Below, one piece after another: positions 49,092 through 61,381 of a stretch of 64,000 nt of DNA. Position 1 is the first letter of the stretch; each line of letters starts with the position of its first letter. The notes under the pieces are model-generated. The model did not search any database. It was not told the origin of the DNA and saw only the letters and a list, made by a program, of their open reading frames with translations. Source of the stretch: Octopus vulgaris (taxonomy: Eukaryota); NCBI GenBank assembly GCA_951406725.2, contig OX597819.1:134974001-135038000 (forward strand). Reading direction: 5' to 3'. Both the position numbers and the translations under genes were made by a program.

Positions 49092-50839
49092 CTGCATTAA
49101 AACACAAGAATAAAAAATATATTAGAAATTAATTGAATATTACATAAATTTAAATTAAACTCATTTTATTTGTCTATAAAATACTTGTCCAGAAGGTCCA
49201 GGCATTACTTGTTAATTGGTTTACCTCATGTTCAACTATTTCTCATGGATTAGTGTAAAAGATTACTATTTTGAAATTATGTTGTCAGGGCACAACAGAT
49301 TACCAGTAAGCAGCAATTATCAATATCATATTGTTCGAAAATACATAAATGCTAGGTTTAGAACCCCTACAGCTCCAAATAACTAACAATGCCTTTCCTT
49401 AAACACAACAATACAAGATAGGGAAAACATTTTAAGCAACAAACATCACAAAAGAGAAACAATAAAAGGTAATATTTGAGAGCTAGTAAGACTGATACAT
49501 AAAACATTCGATGAAAATGACAATTTGAAAAGCAACAAATTCATTGAGAATAACAGACTACATAGAGTTGGGAATAAGTCATATAAGAGAGCAAAATTGC
49601 CCTATGAAAGAAAATAATCAAAATGTAGGCTTCAATACAAGGAATTTGATTCTGAGTGCATGAAATAATTTTTTTTTTTTAAATAGCTACATTAATATCC
49701 AGATGATTGGTGAAAATAATGACAAGAAATGTTCTATTCCAATATTCAATGAAAAGTACTTTTGTGTATGGAGGCTCAAAATCTGCTTTAAAGTAGATTT
49801 GGGGAATAACTTAACATTACTGATGGACATACTTAACAAAATGAAAAATTCATATTCAAATTCAAAATTTAATAATTACAAACAAAAATCTATAGCTATG
49901 ACTTCATGTAACACTGAATTATTAGCTATTTTACATTCAACCATGACATGTAAGAAACTGAATATTTTGTAACAAAATTTAAACATGAGGTATACTAGAA
50001 AAATCATTAGCCAGAAATATATCATCAAATAATTTGCTGTTGAAAGGATGTCATAAATGATAGCTGAAGAAATATTCTCGGAGCATGAGAAGCTGAAAAA
50101 TTTTCATCTAAGAGCAAACAAAATCAAGAATGTTATCCCAATATGGTAAATGGCCATTTTATACTACAATGGAGAAAACTGCTTTTCAATTATTTGGATT
50201 GGAATTGTGTAACTTATACTAAAAGAAAGCAATTACTAAAGTTCCATTGTCTACAAAATTCTTAAAAATTCAAATTTTGTTCCATTTTAATCAAAATATT
50301 TTTTTTCAATTCAGCATATAATTTTCATTTCTGTTTTCTTTGCACAATTATTTTCAGTTCAATACATAATTTCCATTTTTTCCTTGCACAGTTATTTTCA
50401 TTTTTTTTTTTTTTGTAGAAAATCTATCTCTCTCCCCTGCCTTTGTTCAACTGTGTATACATTATTAATACTAAAATATACAAATATATATCAATGGAAA
50501 AGAAACCCCAGTAATTTTTCAATATGATTTTTTTTCCAGTTCATACTAGTACAAACTAAACTTTGCAGACAGAAGAAAAATTGTCCTGAGTTGAAATTTT
50601 ATTTATGACTTTTCTGTGGTATTCCTAATCTGGATTAACCACCGTCATCTAGTTTTTGAGTACCTTTTGCAGAGTCTTGTCTGTTATAAACATTCAGACA
50701 AGACCTCTAGTTCTCTCTCCATGTTTTTCCTGTAGACATTGAACTGCAGGTGTCAAGCTGAACATCAGCAGCATCAGTCTCACAAGTCTGAGGAATTGCA
50801 AAAGTCATGAAACTTTTTTCTTCTATTTATTGGATAAAA

Positions 50840-51297
50840 GACAAAATCAAATTCAATGACTGACATCTGTGCTAGAGGAGCACTAAGAGTACCATACGAG
50901 TGAGATTAGGGCCAGAGCAACAAGCTGGCCTCTGAGCTGATGGCACATTAAAAACACCATTCGAGCGTGATCGTTACCTGCGTCGCCTTACTAGCACTTC
51001 TGCTGGTGTCACGTGAAAAAACATTCAGCGAGGTCGTTGCCAGTAGACTGGCTCCTGTGCAGGTGGCACATAAAAAGCACCATTTGGATGTGGTCGTTGC
51101 CAGTATCGCCTGACTGGCCCTCATGCCTGTGACACATAAAAGCACCCACTATACTCTCGGAGTGGTTGGCATTAGGGAAGGGCATCCAGCTGTAGAAACT
51201 CTGCCAGATCAGATTGGAGTCTAGTGCAGACCTCAGTCAAATCGTCCAACCCATGCTAGCATGGAAAGTGGACGTTAAACGATGATGATGATGATGA
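50840..51297 (+). mobile_element. RTE 3' UTR fragment
   Basis: 3' UTR repeats and (ATG)n tail. Confidence 0.85.
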
Positions 51298-52575
51298 CTA
51301 GTGCATTCCAATTCACTGTCATATAAAGTTACAGAATCTTCTGATATGTACATAGACAATAAACTGAGGACTTTTATGAGGATAAGTGAGGTCAACATAA
51401 TGCCAATGTAATTCTTCATAAATTCAAACACTGTCTGTTAGTGCTTGCTATTCTAAATTTATTTATTGAGTGAGTGCATGCTATTGGACGAATTAAGGAT
51501 TCACAAGAAAATTTGTAACAAATCAGAAAAATGTACACAAATTAAGAAGCAAATGTGTAAATAACATTTAGCTGTAATTCACTCTTCAGGAATTTGTGAA
51601 ATGAAAATGTTTTTAATAAAATGAAATTTTCCTGATTTACAAAACTACCAAGGGCCAACTTGTTAGTATGGCTGTTTGGTATGCCACAGGCCTTAGAATA
51701 TATTGCAATCCCTGCTATTTCTAACAAATTAAACTACCACATAGATGGACTCTTTTGAGTTTGTGTAGAAGAGAGGTTAAGACTACAGAAAACTGCCCTT
51801 TGAGCAGTTTTCTGCTCATCTAAAGAGTAAATGAATAATTTACTGTTGCTAGATGTGAGGTAGTAACTGGTTCCAGCAATTTTAATTTTACTAATAGATA
51901 CAACACCCCACAAAAAAAAAAAAAAAATGGCACTCTGCAGGTTTGAGACTTTCAGTAAGCTAATATGATAGTTGAAAGAAAACAGTTTCCAATTCCTCAT
52001 CCCAAAATTAGAAACACCAATTAGATAAACAGGGTAGGCCTGTCTGGATTGGTTTTTTTGGTGAGTTTACTGAGATGAACACAATGTTCCTCACAAGCAG
52101 TTGAAAGTTGGTAACAACAGGAAAGGAATTGCAGAGGACCAATGTTCAGGGAAGGAAGAAGTGGTTAATGTGGTGCCTAGGATGGTGAATACAATATTAA
52201 TGACAAAGAGAGACGAGTGAGTCAGAAATCTATGTCTCTAAGTGGAGGTGACATTGGATGAGAGAGCAGACAACATTGTAGTTGTAGAAAGAGACAAGTC
52301 TATGGACGAGGGTGTTGGCTGCTATTTCGCAACTGCATCTCCTTCAAACTTCATCCTACTTTCCAAAATATGACAAGAAAAAAAAAAAAAGGTGAAATGA
52401 TAATAGCCTGAACTTTGTTTGAACTTGTATAAACAAACTATTGCAAAAAAAAAAAAAAAAAAAAGGCCTATTAGAAACAAATAAAAATTGTATATACTGA
52501 TGTTTAAGTAATTTGAAAATAAGCATAAAATTATATTTCAAAAAACATTTTAATGAGACAATAAATTATACAAAC

Positions 52576-52633
52576 CGTTCCACGAGGAGTGGGAGAAACA
52601 ACGTGCTGCAGGTGGCCTGATTTTAGATCATGT
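52576..52633 (-). CDS. Unidentified gene, internal exon HDLKSGHLQHVVSPTPRGT
   Basis: tctttttcag acceptor, CG|gtttgt donor, phase 2 to 0. GC-richer island in an AT-rich intron. Confidence 0.72.
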
Positions 52634-54240
52634 CTGAAAAAGAATAAATTATTTAATAAGACAAAGTCATTATGTAAAAGAAAATTACATCTTAGTTTTA
52701 TGAATCACTGGAGATTTTTTACATTTTAGTCAAGATAAAAGACAGATATTTCAGGTAAAAAAAAGTTTAACCTATGAGATGCACATCTAACTATATTACA
52801 GATCTGTAATCTCTAAGAACAATCATCCTAAACTGAAGTGGTTTCTGAGTATTTTCGTTGAGTTGTAATTAGAAAGGGCCCCATTTTATATATCTGGTTG
52901 TTTGCTTATAGACTCCATTTATCTAATCTCTTGATCAAAAATTTCCAGCCAGACAGTTCCTTTTGCAGTATGTCTTGAAAGCATTGTGGAAACCAAGGGT
53001 TCTATACTACTGTACACTAAAGAAAACCTAAGAAGCTTTCTAATCATTTACACTCTTATACCAATAACCTCTTCACCCCTCAATCTTCTGCGCACATGCA
53101 TTCGCTATATGCAATGGCTATATTACACAACACTTGTACTGCCTCCGTTAGAGATCATGAAAATATTCTTCAATGGAAACAAAAAAATGACAACCAAGTT
53201 AACAGTCATTACAAGTCACTATACATTAAGCAAGCTTTCTTTCAATATACCTTCTGGCTAACCGCTGTCAAATCCTAGACCCCTCACAATTTCTTGTTCT
53301 TTCATGAACGAAACCAAAATTGGAGCACAAAGACTTCCTCATCAAAGCAAGATAATACTTCAGCCCTAATTAATTCTGAATCTTTAAACCACAAAGTGCA
53401 CCATAAGGTTGCACTAATAAACCCACGTTTGCAAAAGAGCCTTTGTAAAGTTGCTCAACCTGAAGGACAATGCAGCCAAATCCTGACAAATCACAAGCTA
53501 TTGTCTTAAATATAAGAGAAGATACACTGAATCATTTAGTCCTAGATATACTTAGTTCTATGAACAAAAAGTGGCTGAAAAGCATTCTTCCATGATGTCA
53601 TGCAACTCTAGTTGCTTTCAGCAGCATAAACACACAAATTACAATGTATATCAAGAAAACCATATTGTACACTCTTAACAGCCAAGACCACAACTAAAGT
53701 AAGACTACCTAACTGACAGGCAACCTGAAGTTCTCCTTCAACTCACTTTAACCATCTTACCTACATGCTATCTCTCCTCTTTTTACTCATATTGTAGTCT
53801 CCTTTCAAACTACTCAATTCTTCTAAGAATGTTGACCCTCTAGAAATTGCTCTCTGCATGTTTTTTCTTCACCCATCAACTTGCAACATTTTAAAATTAA
53901 CTAAATCTTAGAAGTATCAGAGAGCCTGCAAAACCCATGGACATAGCCCCTTTCTTTTGCTCAATATCAAGGAAAAACAAGGCAGGTAATTATCTCTGAT
54001 CATAGGTTTACTCAAAACTAATTTGGGGTTTAACAACAACCCTAAAGAACAGCTCTCTGTTTTAAGATGGCATTGTGGCTGCACACAGATATCTTAGCCT
54101 GCATATATGAGCTGTGCAGCTCATTGACAAAGACCAACTTCTATTGTTTCCACTCTTCTAGTCAAGCTCACTTAATGCATTTTCATTTGTCTTCTTTTTC
54201 CATTATTCAAAGTCATAAACAGTATTTCAACAATTAAGTC

Positions 54241-54274
54241 CAACCCATGCTAGCATGGAAAACGGACGCTAAAC

Positions 54275-54313
<39 letters not shown>

Positions 54314-55223
54314 GTCGAATAAAACTCTTCACTTAGTGATTTGTTCTCTAATACTTTGAAGCTGCACGTTTAAAAACAAGTTCACAATAGAGAAATGCAT
54401 TTATAGGTATCTTCTGTACCTAACCATGAAAACCTAATATTCAGGTATTTTGATCAGTGGCACATAAAAAACACCATCTGAGCGTGGCCATTCGCCAGCC
54501 TCGTCTGGCACCTGTGTCGGTGGCACATAAAATCACCCACTACACTCTCGGAGTGGTTGGCGTTAGGAAGGGCATCCAGCTGTAGAAACACTGCCAGATC
54601 TGACTGGCCCGGTGCAGCCTTCGGGCTCCCCAGACCCCAGTTGAACCGTCCAACCCATGCTAGCATGGAAAGCGGACGTTAAACGATGATGATGATGATG
54701 ATAATCATTAAATAAGTTTTTACCTATATAGATGTAAGTGGCCTACTTTTGCTACACTGCACCTCCACACAATCAAATGTGCTAACATGACACAATGCAC
54801 ATACTGCATTTGTAGTCTTTAGCAGAAATATGTGGCAGTTCCAGAACATCTAGGAATCAAAACCAGATTGCTGTTTCAACATTCAGGATTTGCTAGAGGT
54901 TGATGATGTCAGCAGTCAACTGGCCAATCTACTCAGGTAGAAATCATTATATCAACATGAACACCCTTTGCCCAAATATTGATGTCATCAAAAAACTGAC
55001 CTCTCAGACATCTTGTAAACAAGATATTATCAGTAGGTTTTTTGGGGGGCACCTTTTTTCTTGGACAGACAAACTATAAATAGAGGCATTAGGAAGGGCA
55101 TCCAGCTGTAGAAACTTTGCCAGATCAGATTGAGCCTGGTGCAGCCTCTGGCTCACCAGTCCTCAGTCAAACCATCCAACACATGCCAGCATGGAAAGCG
55201 GATGTTAAATGATGATGATGATG
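54241..55223 (+). mobile_element. Three short RTE tails (54241-54311, 54456-54703, 55084-55223)
   Basis: CCATGCYAGCATGG plus (ATG)n. Confidence 0.85.
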
Positions 55224-55320
55224 AATCAGTAAGACATATGCTGCTAGACAGTATCCCTTTCACTCCTTTCACGTATTAGCTGTTGAACTGTTTACCCGTC
55301 TAAATACCTTTTCTGTCATT

Positions 55321-57290
55321 TGTAGTAACATCACACAGTTAAAGTTTTTTAAAATAAATATTTTTGCATTCAAAATCTCAACAGAATTTGTGCTTTTTTC
55401 AGTCAACATGAGCTTGACACTGAATTGTTCCACAAGTAATACACAAAGAAATATTCATATTGTTAGAACTGGTGACCCCCAAAAGATAAATACTTTGAAA
55501 AACACCGCTGGGAAAACAATGCTGAGATGCCTTTCGAAATGCCAGTTGCAACATTATTAATACAGACCAGAACTTCTGTCTTTGTGAGTCCCCAACATTT
55601 TGGACTCATGATCTACAGTTTGATTTCTTTATCTGGAGGCGCAATTTTTCATCCCTGTACATTAAATGACATGATCAACACCTTCCTACTAGAGATCCAG
55701 GATTTGGTAACAACTCTGGGCTAGCATTGTGTCATACAAGGCGCTCATGTGAGAGTTGATTAAATACACAGCAGCAATGGTTGCACCAACTATTCATCAG
55801 AGAGGGACTGGGAAACAAAAGACCTTGCCAACTTCTCCAACAAATAAAGCAGTTGCTCAGAGACAACACCTTGGACCCAGTCAATTTCACAGTTGTTTAT
55901 CAAGCAACTGCAATCCAACATTTCCTCACTGCTACCAAACAATCAATGTAAATAGAGGAGTTGGCAGATAACATCACAGAAGTTTCATCCCAACTGCCAT
56001 GCAAGTAGCACCACCCCAACAACCATAAAGATCTTGCCTTTTTCTCCATGTTCATCTTTTTCCGCTAACTTTGAGATAGCAGCCCTTTAATCAACTTTCA
56101 GACAGAGACAGGTAATTTAATATGATGAAGATTCAACCAAGTGACAACAGGAGTTGCTCATGGAGTGCAGAAGTCCAGCATTCACATAGTCCAAGTACCA
56201 CTTAGCTGTTTTCCCTCTGTGTTGGTATCACCGTGCATTCAACAATAATGCTCACAAGTGTTCTCCACCATGTTCATTTCCATTTTCTCCTTTGGGAATC
56301 AGTGTGGCCAGGAACTGATGGCAGCAGTTGTATGTGGCTCACTTCCCAAGTCAGTCACCTCCACATCAGCAACAAATCAACTGATATCAATTTTCTTGTA
56401 GACACTGGGGCAGAGATTAGCATCCTGAACACTACAGTAATTGGTACAAGGCAACAAAAAACCATCACTCCAATTTTTCTCCAGGCTATTAGCCATTCTC
56501 TGAATGTAATCTTTGGAGAAAAATGGATTACCCTGCATCTCAATCTCAGAAGAGTTTTCAACTGGGATTTTACAGTTGCTAAATTGTCAACTCCAATTCT
56601 TGGAAGTGATTTCTTCCATCATTTCAGCCTCTTGATTGATGTCAAACACAACAGATTAGTAGATTCCACAACATCCAAAGTGTCAGTACCAGAATCCCTT
56701 CCATCAGCCGTTTTCTTGAACTCCTCTAGCTCAAGCAGATACAATGCTCTTTGCACAAATATCCTCAGGATATCACTTGCCCTACGTTTAAGAATCATCC
56801 AGTCACTCACTCTGGACCACTACTTTTCTTTTAAACCTCACTGACTAACTCATCAATATGCTAAGATTGAAAAGTTAAGTTCAAGCATGGAACTGGACAA
56901 AGTTCATGCATCCAGCATCAATCAGCCCTCACCCCATCATATGGTCCCAAGGCAATCTTCAGGTGGCTGGTGGTCCTATGGTGAATATCACCTTAATGAA
57001 TGCACTAGAGCTGACAAGTGTACTGTACCTAGTTCACTGGACTTTTCTTCTACTCTACATGATTCTAGAGTGCTTTTCAAAATTATTCTGGCCTGGGTAT
57101 ACAACAAAATACCCAATGAGCTAGAGGATATACCTAAGATGATGATTACTATTTTGAGGCTTTTTGAATAATGGCTTATTATTTTGTGCAGGTCAATGAT
57201 TTGTTTCTTGCTAGGAAACAGAAGACAAACATGAAAAACATTTGCAGCTCCTTTTCAATTATTGTCTTTCTCAATCAAGACTTCTAGTAA
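55321..57290 (+). mobile_element. Ty3/Gypsy (Mag-like) LTR retrotransposon relic
   Basis: PBS-like TGGTGACCCC at 55470, gag CWYH....AHKCSPPC, protease FLVDTGAEIS and RT start SP.HMVP...EDIPK...LFE. Confidence 0.8.
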
Positions 57291-57294
57291 TTCG

Positions 57295-57672
57295 ATGTGT
57301 TTGAGAAGACATCAAGCTAAGTAAAATTGTGGCTATCTGTACATACATACAGGTATGTCCTTTACAGCTATGCCCTCCTGCTCCATCTCTCAGCTGAAAA
57401 GTCCTTGTCTTGTGAGCTCACAAGTGCTGATACCATGTAAAAAACACCCATGCCAGTACCACATGGGAAAGCACCCATGCCAGTACCACATGGGAAGGCA
57501 CCCAGTACATTCTGTAAAATGGCTGGTGTTAGGAAGGACATCCACCCGTAGAAACCATGCCAAAACAGACAGTTGGAGCCTGGTGCAGCTCTCCAGCTCC
57601 TATCAAAACATGCAACCAATGCCAGCATGGAAAACAGCTGTTAAATGATGATGAGGATGATGATGATGATGA
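57295..57672 (+). mobile_element. RTE 3' fragment with an internal 27-bp duplication
   Basis: (ATG)n tail; CACCCATGCCAGTACCACATGGGAA occurs twice. Confidence 0.7.
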
Positions 57673-58149
57673 TGGTGGTGGTATCAATCCCAATAAATGC
57701 CTTTTGGGAGGTCTCTTCTTTACATTTTTGGGAAGTTGATTTAATCACTGATATTCTTCTATTTTTAAAATTGATTTTGTCTTCCATAAAAAAATATATA
57801 TCAAAGCACTTATTCATATAAGTGTAGGGTCTTTTTAATCCTGCTTTTGAAATTTTAAAAATCAGTCTTTGGATTTTTATGCTTTGAACATTAGAGATTA
57901 ATAATTAACTTTTGCTATTTATTAATGATAAGAAACAATCAACAACATGTTTCTTTTTTAATCTTATTTCTTTAAAACCAGAACCACATTAGCATTAGAT
58001 TTACAGCTGCTATATTCTTTAATGTGGATTTATAAATATAAAAAATATATTTATTGATATATAAACACATTTCATGTATATTTAGATATTTAGAGTAAAA
58101 ATATATATTTTGCTTGCATTGGTAATTACATTATCATCTATATTATATA

Positions 58150-59739
58150 CTAGCAGTATCGCCCGGCGTTGCTCGGGTTGTAAGGGAAATAACTATATAA
58201 GCATTTTTAGAGAGTTATAGCCAAAAAATAGCAAAAAAATGCATTAAAAATTGAAAAAAAATTAAGGTAAATTTTTTTTTAAAATCGTTGACACATCGTA
58301 GATATTTTTAGAGAGTTACTTCCTTATATAAAAGCGAAAAAAATGCATTAAAATGGAAAAATATGATGGTAAATTTTTTTTAAATCGTACAACCCATGCT
58401 AGCATGGAAAACGGACGCTAAATGATGATGATGATGAGACGCGCGCTAATACCCAGAAGGGCTCGATATGAATCACGACTATAAGATACCCGCTTTTGGT
58501 TAAACTGCACCGCAAAATGTGGGAGTAGTTACGAATCTAAATCGTAGGAGACAGACACACAACTTCACTCTTATATAAAGATGCTTTTTTTTTTCAGTCA
58601 TAGAGTTAGATTTATGAAGGTCTTCAGTAGAAAATCCTTCGAATTCTGACTCGCTGCTTGATATAATGAAATTCGTATCCATTTTTTGTCAGAATTACAA
58701 ATTTTGAAAACACAATAGGAACAAATTTCGGAAAAAAATCTCCCATAATTCACGGAATTAAAATTACACTTCGATTTTTGTACAAAACTGTATTTGAAGT
58801 GTTTACGAAGTATAATACGTGTTTTCACGAATGTACTAAAGAGATTTACTCTGATATTCTCATTTAAATATCATCATCATCATCATCATCATTTAACGTC
58901 CGTTCTCCATGCTAGCATGGGTTGGACGGTTCGACTGGGGTTCTGGGAAGCCAGAAGGCTGCACCAGGCTCCAGTCTAATCTGGCAATGTTTCTACAGCT
59001 GGATGCCCTTCCTAACGCCAACCACTCCGTGAGTGTAGTGGGTGCTTTTTACGTGTCACCTGCACAGGTGCCAGGCGAGGCTGGCAACGGCCACGGTCGG
59101 ATTGGTGTATTTTATGTGCCACCGGCACGGAAGCCAGTCGAGGCGGTGCTGGCATCGGCCACGAGTCGGATAGTGCTTTTTACGTACCACCAGACCAGGG
59201 ATCCTGGCTGGTTCAATTCGATTTCGATTTCGCTTGCCCCAACATGTCTTCACAAGCAAAGGGGGTTGGCATGGGTGCCTGAATAGGTAAATTCGGGCGG
59301 TTTGTTTATACATAAACACTGTTTCATACTTTCAGTTTAGTCTTCCTCAAATCACTCTGTCACTATTTACTCTCTTCCAAGAACATTTTCACTCACTCTT
59401 ATCTGTTAGCTTGCCATACATTTTACTCATGTATCTATCAGCGTGATAGACAGAAACAAATATTACATCTAGTTTCACTTTATTCGTTGCACACTGTGTG
59501 TGTGCGTTTGCGTGTGCTGTAAACCAGACTAAGAAAAGCATTTGACATACACACCAGAATGTGAGTTTTCTGTAAATTTTGCTTAATTGGAGTTTAAATT
59601 TTAAAAACTGGACTTGGCAAAACCCGATGCATTCTACTCTTAAAAATGCTAGGTAAATTGTAATTGAAGAAATCCTATATTGTAGATTTCTATAACTGAC
59701 AAAGGGAGGCAGATAAAATCTGCCTTTTATAATAAGAGA
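58150..59739 (-). mobile_element. Composite non-autonomous Helitron (5' termini at 59739 and 58581, one 3' end at 58150)
   Basis: A|TC starts followed by TATA-rich ends. 3' hairpin CCCGAGCAACGCCGGG plus CTAG|T. RTE pieces inserted at 58390-58437 and 58870-59283. Confidence 0.8.
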
Positions 59740-60325
59740 TATATATGAAATCCATTGTATCTCTGTCTGTCCCCAATACATTCTCAAACAGCTCAACCAA
59801 ACCAAATGAAATTTTACATGGTAATACTACAAAGCCCTATGAATGTCAACATGTAATTTTTGGGGATTAAAACAATGCAACATTGGCACTGGTTCCTTAT
59901 TACATGTCAAAACACAAAAAGTAAAAGTGAAACAATAACATATATATTGTAATGTGAGATATTGTCTCACTTTTTAACTTTTAATTCTAACCACCACCAC
60001 AACTCTGTTTCACTTTTATACTTTTACTTCAAACCACAACGATGTCTTCATATTTTGTATATGACTGTATCTGTATGGGAATGTATGTGTGTGAGTGTAT
60101 GAGTGTGAATATATCTCACAGTATGTGTCTTTCTGTGTTGAGTACATTATTAAATGCACTATACGTGAGGGCTGGTCAGTGTCAATATGAAATTTTAGTT
60201 TCATTTTGATTAAAACAATATAACATTTCATAGAGATAATCTTTCAATTTACAGAGATGTACTTGCATAGCAAGTGACTTGATCTGAGATCTTGATCATG
60301 TGCTCAGAATCTATATATATATATA

Positions 60326-60619
60326 ATCAAAATAAGCAATAAGGATATCCAAAGGTAATGCAGTACGATCGTTTCAAGCAACTCCATTTAATTGAACAAT
60401 GCAATCATTACGTCAATTTAAATGTAGAGCAATCCTCAGCTGCATAAAGACAGAATTTAATTAAATTAAAACAGATGGACACATTAGTATAATTTTACCT
60501 CCAATCTCCAAGAAGGTAAGGAGATAGACAAAGAACATGCTGTCTTCACTTCAGCTTAGAAGCTACAGTTATATATTACAGTTATGGTGAAACAGGTGAT
60601 ATGGGAAAGTGCAGCATTG

Positions 60620-60621
<2 letters not shown>
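60326..60621 (-). mobile_element. Penelope-like pseudo-LTR relic carrying the hammerhead, embedded in (TA)n
   Basis: About 300-bp segment flanked on both sides by (TA)n and containing the HHR motif. Confidence 0.5.
60358..60445 (-). ncRNA. Type I hammerhead ribozyme (minimal palindromic helix III, Penelope/retrozyme type)
   Basis: Minus strand reads ATGCAG-CTGAGGA-[long helix II]-GAAAC-GATC-GTA-CTGCAT. Core boxes intact, 6-bp helix I, base of helix II imperfect. Confidence 0.7.
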
Positions 60622-60661
<40 letters not shown>

Positions 60662-61208
60662 CAAACTATACCATTTTAACCCCAAGTAAAACTGGGTATC
60701 TTTGCTAGTCCTTAATAAACTAACCCAAGAGCATTTGAAATTTTCCCAATGTGAAAGTACAATAGTATTGCTTTGACTTCTGAATACAAATTACTTTATC
60801 TTGAAAGTGAATACAGCTATTCCTGAGTAGTTCCCCATCTCCACCATGCTGATTATGAGCCTCTGATGTTCAGAACAAAATCCAAAGACCAGGTTTTAAT
60901 GAGTTTTTGTTTTCTAAGGCATAATAAAAAAAAAGTTAGAGGGAAGAGTAATTAACATTTGCATGAAGAGGTGCCAGAATCTGCCAGAATCAATATAATT
61001 TTGGTTAATGTTACTGCCTCATCTCCCCAAGAATAAAAACAATATCTTTTTTTCGTTTCTAAAGTTCAAAATAACAAGCATTCTTTGCCTCAGCAAATTT
61101 TCTTTCCAGCAAAAGAAAATCTCAACAATCAAATTATTCTTTGCTTCAACTTTTCATTTATCCTTTCAGCTATTGATATACATTTTCCATAAAATGAAAA
61201 AATATTAC

Positions 61209-61279
61209 CCTTGCTGTTCTTTCTTTTGAATTTGTGAAATGTGAAGGACGGCAACACCATATTCTCCTAATGCACGGAA
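61209..61279 (-). CDS. Unidentified gene, internal exon FRALGEYGVAVLHISQIQKKEQQG
   Basis: Minus-strand polypyrimidine tract ending ttcatag, AGG|gtaata donor, phase 0 to 2. Joins in frame to 52633. Confidence 0.7.
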
Positions 61280-61381
61280 CTATGAAAAAAGAAAAAAACT
61301 TACATGTAATGATACTAAAATAATTTTTTGTTTTAACTTGGTCTTACAAGAGATCAAGAAGTTTGTGAACTCTCGTATGAC

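Larger units (their letters stand above)
58137..60708 (+). mobile_element. Outer non-autonomous Helitron interrupted near its 5' end
   Basis: A|TCTATATTATATA at 58137 resumes as TATATATGAAA at 59740. 3' hairpin ACCCCA..TGGGT plus CTAG|T at 60708. Confidence 0.6.
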
